A stretch of DNA of 54,804 bases, the filler included, from Sphacelaria rigidula (lineage: Eukaryota): assembly GCA_964200075.2 (NCBI GenBank). It is 5 parts of 5 records of this genome, joined end to end, with 100 filler letters (N's around TTAATTAATTAA, not from the genome) between each part and the next. Parts side by side here need not be neighbours in the genome. Positions count along the whole stretch, not along the records: positions 43,925 to 54,804 come from CAXNAA020005749.1; 4 more parts are not named here. One strand, written 5' to 3'. The position numbers and the translations under genes are program-made. The notes under the pieces were generated by a model. The model was given only the letters and a program-made list of their open reading frames with translations, ran no database searches and had not been told where the DNA came from. This document shows positions 49,866 through 54,804 of the stretch, piece after piece. The first letter of the stretch is position 1, and the number at the start of each line of letters is the position of its first letter.

Positions 49866-50264
49866 CTTGGCGTGATGCGGGGGGGAACAGGGAAATACAC
49901 GTTCATTTGTTTTCAGGGCAGATTCAAAACGCCGGGCGACTGTGTACCTGTTTACTCGGTAGGGAGGACGGAGGCTTACAGCCTCGTAGCTCAGAAAAAG
50001 ACGGCAGAGAGAAAGTCTATCATGATCTCATGTGCAAGGAAGTAAAAGCCTTGAAAGTAGTTTACGCGAGAGATACCGCGCAACCCACATCTGCCGGACG
50101 CTGGACATGTTTGATGTTCAATAGTCATGTGGTTCTGTTGTATACATGTTTTTTTCGTATCGACAATGTATCGTTGGAAGAGTCGTAATCCAATGGCAGG
50201 TTAGAATAGGTATCACACTTGTCGTTTTCCAGCGCAGCGCATCACCGCCATCGACCGCCCTCAC

Positions 50265-50429
50265 CATGCGCCGATCATCGAGCCGGTGCATGTAGACCAC
50301 TCCCACAACCAGCATCTTTACCACCACAAAAGGCCACATCACGTATGCAGGGGGGCCGTCGCCCCAGCGCGTCAGCGCGGACGCAAGCGAGGTGACGAGC
50401 TGGACCATCGCAAGCCAGCACCACTCCAC
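50265..50429 (-). CDS. Exon of the same membrane protein (VEWCWLAMVQLVTSLASALTRWG...HRLDDRRM)
   Basis: ctgcagcag| acceptor, ATG|gtgagg donor, 165 nt, phase 0/0. Confidence 0.62.
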
Positions 50430-51323
50430 CTGCTGCAGCGCCTATCAACAAAGCAAGGTGGACTAAATAAGGCGACAGACATCAGTCGTATGCCTTTCCT
50501 GTTCGGAACTGCAATGCTGCCATTATGCCGTTCGGCTCACTGGTGCTACATATTTTTGCAACATCATCGGGATGTGCTAGGCTACAGGGAAAAAAGTGTT
50601 GGCGCGGCGGGGTCTGAACGTTGCTGCTGGAATTATCAATGTGTTCTCACCGTCGACATCGCTTTGGGGGAGTGGAGAGCATCAAGGTCCAAATACAGAG
50701 CCGCTCGCCCAGAAAAAAGGCCTATTCACTTCTAGTCTTAGGAAATGTCTTGGGTGTGGGCAGTGCCAAAGCCTGTGCCACTTTCGCTCACGCTTGTGAC
50801 GTCGCATGATTTGCAACCATCCTGACAAGATATTAATAGTTCGTAATACTGCAAGAGATCGAATGGTACCTGAATTTTACCTTCTCAGTAGTACAGTACT
50901 GATTCGGATCATGAGCTATCTCATTTGATCCCTTGTACCATATTTTCTTCCTACAACCCTCGACACCGACCACGCGGGGGGAGCGCAAAAGTGGCGTTTT
51001 GGCCTCTTGGACAACTGATCTGAAAGTCCTCTCCGGTTAGTTATTGTAGGTAGCTAATTGGCTGTCCGGCTTGTGGACTTAACGGGCAATGCCTGCACGA
51101 GGCAGGCGTTACCTCGTGGTGGTATGCCTTCATCATGTGTATTTTTGTGCAGGAGGTAGTGTGGTGGTCGCACTTGAGCCCAAGTCCTCACACCGGATTT
51201 GTTTTTGGAACACCTCTTCAGGCTCAGGTTCAGTTTACTCGTGACCCCGTGTATTGTTCAGAAGCGGCCTGGCCCTGCGAATCACGCTGGGCGAGGTGTG
51301 AACAAGAGTATCGTGCGAACTGC

Positions 51324-51359
51324 ACGTATACAACGTATACAACGTATACAACGTATACA
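51324..51359. repeat. 9-bp tandem repeat (ACGTATACA)x4
   Basis: Direct reading of the sequence. Confidence 0.9.
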
Positions 51360-51752
51360 GCATCCACGGTACATTTAAGCTTTGACAAGCAGAGCTGAAC
51401 AACTATTACATATTCGACGAACATCCGAGAGCGCAGAAACACAAAAAAGGAAGACGAGCCGACCGAAACTCTAGACTACTGCTTTTGGGTATCATTTCTG
51501 GGAAGGATTAACGCTACGGATCGGTATCCTGCTCACTGTTGGCCACTTACTCACAATCTGATTCTCGCTGCGCTTTCTCGGGCAGACGTTCCCGTAGTGA
51601 GATACGACCAAATGGGATTCGCCGCAAGAAAGTCTCTAATGTGGGTGTCGGGTTCGGGGTCGCTATTCTTGTTCTCCGATCTCTCACCTGAAAAAGATCA
51701 CTCTCACAACAATGGTGAAAACACACTGTGGCCTGCATGGGCATGGCTAACC

Positions 51753-51932
51753 GAAGCACGGCAAATGTCTGCCATTTGTACCCGTAGCCCAGCCTCCTCG
51801 TCGCAACCACGCCCTCCACAGCCGCAATTTCGTTCCATAAAATCATCGCCACCCCCCCCGAAATGCATCCGGCCATGAACAATCTGAGACAGTCACGTAG
51901 ATCCAATGAAGCAGTGCGTGGTCGCGGGTGAA
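51753..51932 (-). CDS. Probable exon of the membrane protein (…LRLFMAGCISGGVAMILWNEIAAVEG…WQTFAVLR)
   Basis: Open hydrophobic frame between a ttgcaag acceptor and a CG|gttagc donor; boundaries tentative. Confidence 0.42.
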
Positions 51933-52099
51933 CTTGCAAATGCGAACTTTTGTGCGGTCAAGGTTCTCATCAAACGGTGTCAACTGATTGTGGTCGTGTT
52001 ACGCTTTCCGTGTACACCACGTTTGCCAAACGTAGTAGTTGACGTGCGATGCAGCATGGCACGGAGGGACAGTATTGACGGGGACAGAAACCATAGACG

Positions 52100-52218
52100 C
52101 GCTGTGCGCTGTTATGTAGTGTTCGTGCAGCGCTGACGACGTCTGGATGATGATTTTACAAGCACGCATTGTCCAATAGAGCAGGGCGAAGCCGACAGGG
52201 CGCGCCGTAACGCCGTTC
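52100..52218 (-). CDS. Probable exon (NGVTARPVGFALLYWTMRACKIIIQTSSALHEHY…)
   Basis: Strong ttttcttgcacag acceptor; phase 2 matches donor at 52914; 3' boundary uncertain. Confidence 0.45.
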
Positions 52219-52680
52219 CTGTGCAAGAAAAACACGCCGCTCTCAAAGTGATTTCGGTTTAATCCGACCGTGGAAACACCACTTCCAGTCCTTAGGAACA
52301 ATGAATATAGTCTGTGGTATCATCTCCCCGCTTCCCCGTCGATACCGCAGCTAAGTGAATGCGATTCGATTCCAAGGCTATAGTACGGTACGGCACGCCC
52401 TCCCGGTCACCGCCAATGGTCTAGATAGGTAGAGCGCACAAATTTTAGCAATTCGCCAACAGCAGTGGTTGAGGTATACGAAGCCTGCTCACATATAACG
52501 CTAACCCTAACTCCAACCCCAACCGCGTCAAGTGTCATGACGTCATTCTGAGGTGTCTCAGTGCCAATCACGCGTGAGTGTTTTGACCTCAACCATCGTT
52601 GTTGAAAGCTGCCATACAGACACCAACCCGGAGAATGCGAGTACATGTCGGGGTGGGGGCGACGGCGGGGGCGGCGGCGG

Positions 52681-52722
52681 GGGCGTACTCATTTGTTGCT
52701 TGCCTTAGTCTTTTAACCATTG
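52681..52722 (-). mobile_element. LINE 3' terminus with C-rich tail
   Basis: gggcgtactcatttgttgcttgccttagtc preceded by a GGC-rich run. Confidence 0.7.
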
Positions 52723-52913
52723 GCGGCGGCGGGGGAGGGGGGGCTTGGGTGTAGCTACAAAATGAAAAAATACCGGGAATGTGAAGACATGAGTGCGTCA
52801 ACGGCGGCGCCCAGATTCACGTTTCCTCTGCAAGCACATACTGCCCCCAGCAACATACACGGCACACCATGTCGGCTGTCAACCCTCTACTTTGCCTTTC
52901 ACCCTCCTCTCAC

Positions 52914-53330
52914 CTTACCGCGATGAAAATGTCGACCAAGGCGACAATATTCCCGGCCACAGTTTTCAACAAAAAGTACACCACGTCCTCGTCTTTTTCC
53001 CAAGGTCTGCCGCAGTCCCCACGAGCTCGCCCCCCAGAATGGTCGCCCCCCCCCGCCCCCCCTATCCTGCCTTCTAGCTCTAAGTCCCGGGGCCTCGCAG
53101 GCGCCCCGCCCCCATCTTGCGATGCCTCTATATCGCTCCCCTGTCCACCGGACAATGGCTCCCGCGTGCAACTTGTACGTTGGTATTTCTTGGAGGAGGA
53201 TGTTTCGCCCGAGGTGTTTACGAATTCGGCGAAACAGAGAGTCCCTTCGAAAGTTCTCGCGAAATGTTCCCGGCTGTCGGTCAGGCGAGGGTTGCTCCCG
53301 TACTTGAAACCAGAGGAGTTTGGCCCCAGA
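52914..53330 (-). CDS. Probable exon: Gly/Ser-rich linker then first hydrophobic helix (VVYFLLKTVAGNIVALVDIFIAVR)
   Basis: Long open GC-rich frame ending AG|gtgaga; 5' boundary uncertain. Confidence 0.5.
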
Positions 53331-54336
53331 CTAGCTTTTAGGAACAGGGGGATAGGAATCTGTAAAGGGCATGTTTTGGGCAGGGGAAAGCGCGGGGGGA
53401 GCAGAGTAAGGTGCACGGTAGGAGTGCGAAGGTAAGTGCTCCGCACGAGGAATTCCGAAGTAACTAACGGTACAGCTGGAAGCTTTCGGTGGGAAACATT
53501 TGAGTTTGATTCTCGGCGGGTGCATCTAGGGGTTTCTTTGGAAACATATACGACTTCCTTTTTTGAAAAACTTGATAAACATGAGTAGAAAAAAAGAGAA
53601 GGAAAAGGCTTATTCGACGAGAGAGGAACGCAGTGCGGGGGTGCGGACCCACTCCGTGATAACAAAGTGCACAGCGCGTACCGTACCGCGGGAGAGACCG
53701 AGGTATTCCTCCCTTGAGACCACCGATTCGCCGCCAGGAAGGGGAGGGGCTGAAAGTGTACAAAAAAACACAACAGATTGTACTGTGCCCATGAGTAAAT
53801 GAACTTAAAATTTCTTTGTGACTCACGACGGAAGAATCCTCCTGGAAAGACGGTGGGATGGGACTCGTGTTTTTGAAGTCACTCAGGGTGTTACTCTCCA
53901 GGAACGTCGGTAGAACATTGACTACGCGTGCAGGCGAAGTGGGGGTCCTCACGGGTTTTCTATGGTAACTGTTATTCTCAGTTCCAAACCAGCAGGCCCT
54001 CAAGAGCAGAGATGATCGCCTTCAAAGCAGTGAGCTTCGATGAACTGTGGGAGACTTGCGCTTCTGATAGCGACGCAGAGCGATTGCTCCTGCTACCTGT
54101 TATCTACGGTGGTATCCGAGGGACGACAACAGCATTTTAACGCCGTCGCACAGAAGCCCGAATTCCGCGCTGCTCTTAAATCCTGTCAACGTCGTACAGG
54201 CACGGTCGAAAAGGAGCAGCCCCCCCTGAAGAGCGGAGACTTCCTCTTCGGTTTTTCACTGAACCCAAAAGTCAAGGCGATAACGACGAACACGAGTAAT
54301 GTTTTCAGTGCATCTGGCTCTGCAGCAGCCACCCAC

Positions 54337-54522
54337 CTCGCCATGCAGAGCATTCCGTTCAACATTAAGCTCCCGTAATTCAGCCATATGCCGTAGGTAG
54401 CACGGAATCTTGCCCGTAAGCCGGTTACCGCCTATGTTTAGCCTCTGTAGACGGTCGCAATGCCGCAGTTGCTCTGGAATGCTGCCCTCAAGACAGTTGT
54501 CGTTGAGGTACAGGTCATGGAG
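54337..54522 (-). CDS. Leucine-rich repeat exon (plant-specific-type 24-aa LRR, ~2.5 repeats)
   Basis: aatcag|CTC: LHDLYLNDNCLEGSIPEQLRHCDRLQRLNIGGNRLTGKIPCYLRHMAELRELNVERNALHGE|gtgggt; LxxLxLxxNxLxGxIP consensus. Confidence 0.88.
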
Positions 54523-54696
54523 CTGATTTTTGCGGTGGGGAACGCGGGCGGGATGCGTGGTGACACGTACGGACATAAATCGACCCCGACAGGAGCCTTT
54601 TAAGCGGAGGGATTCCTAGCGAGTACCTACATTTTTGTTTCACTCGGAAAAAAAAACACACAGGAGCGGGTGGTCAACCTTCCACCCCCGTAGTGG

Positions 54697-54795
54697 GCTC
54701 CGTCTCGAAAGGGATGCGTGGTCAATGGTCAAACGACTAAGGTAAGCAACAAATGAGTACGCCCGCCCCGGCCCCCCCCCGTCCCGCCGCCCCCG
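54697..54795 (+). mobile_element. LINE 3' terminus with C-rich tail
   Basis: gctccgtctcgaaagggatgcgtggtcaatggtcaaacgactaaggtaagcaacaaatgagtacgccc then C-rich sequence. Confidence 0.78.
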
Positions 54796-54804
54796 CGTCG
54801 ACAC

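Noticed and set aside
52500-52525. Telomeric (CCCTAA)n
   Set aside because: Only 3-4 degenerate internal units.
35387-54522. Metacaspase + LRR + XK-like protein as a linked cell-death or immunity cluster
   Set aside because: They lie on different contigs joined only by size sorting.

Overview
Eukaryotic nuclear DNA, most likely a brown alga (Phaeophyceae/stramenopile). Evidence: ~50% GC, short GT-AG exons in long repeat-rich introns, a type III metacaspase and a possible ASAF-like plastid-targeting motif. The window is not one locus. It is five unrelated contigs of nearly equal, non-increasing length (1-10882, 10983-21863, 21964-32844, 32945-43824, 43925-54804) joined by artificial N44-TTAATTAATTAA-N44 spacers. 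Supported genes: an uninterrupted PPR reading frame with 11 P-type repeats (contig 2); the last three exons of DDX1 (contig 3); nine exons of a circularly permuted (p10-p20, type III) metacaspase with an intact tRNA-Phe(GAA) antisense in one intron (contig 4); and an LRR exon upstream of a multi-exon, possibly XK-like membrane protein gene with an apparent frameshift (contig 5). The rest is mostly mobile DNA: TA-flanked and TTAA-flanked (piggyBac-like) MITEs, foldback hairpins, LINE fragments, tRNA-like heads and a nested satellite. The most notable repeat is a ~500-bp non-coding family whose last ~70 nt match the 3' end of a C-tailed LINE, a candidate SINE/LINE partnership. All family assignments come from reading motifs by eye, not from database searches.
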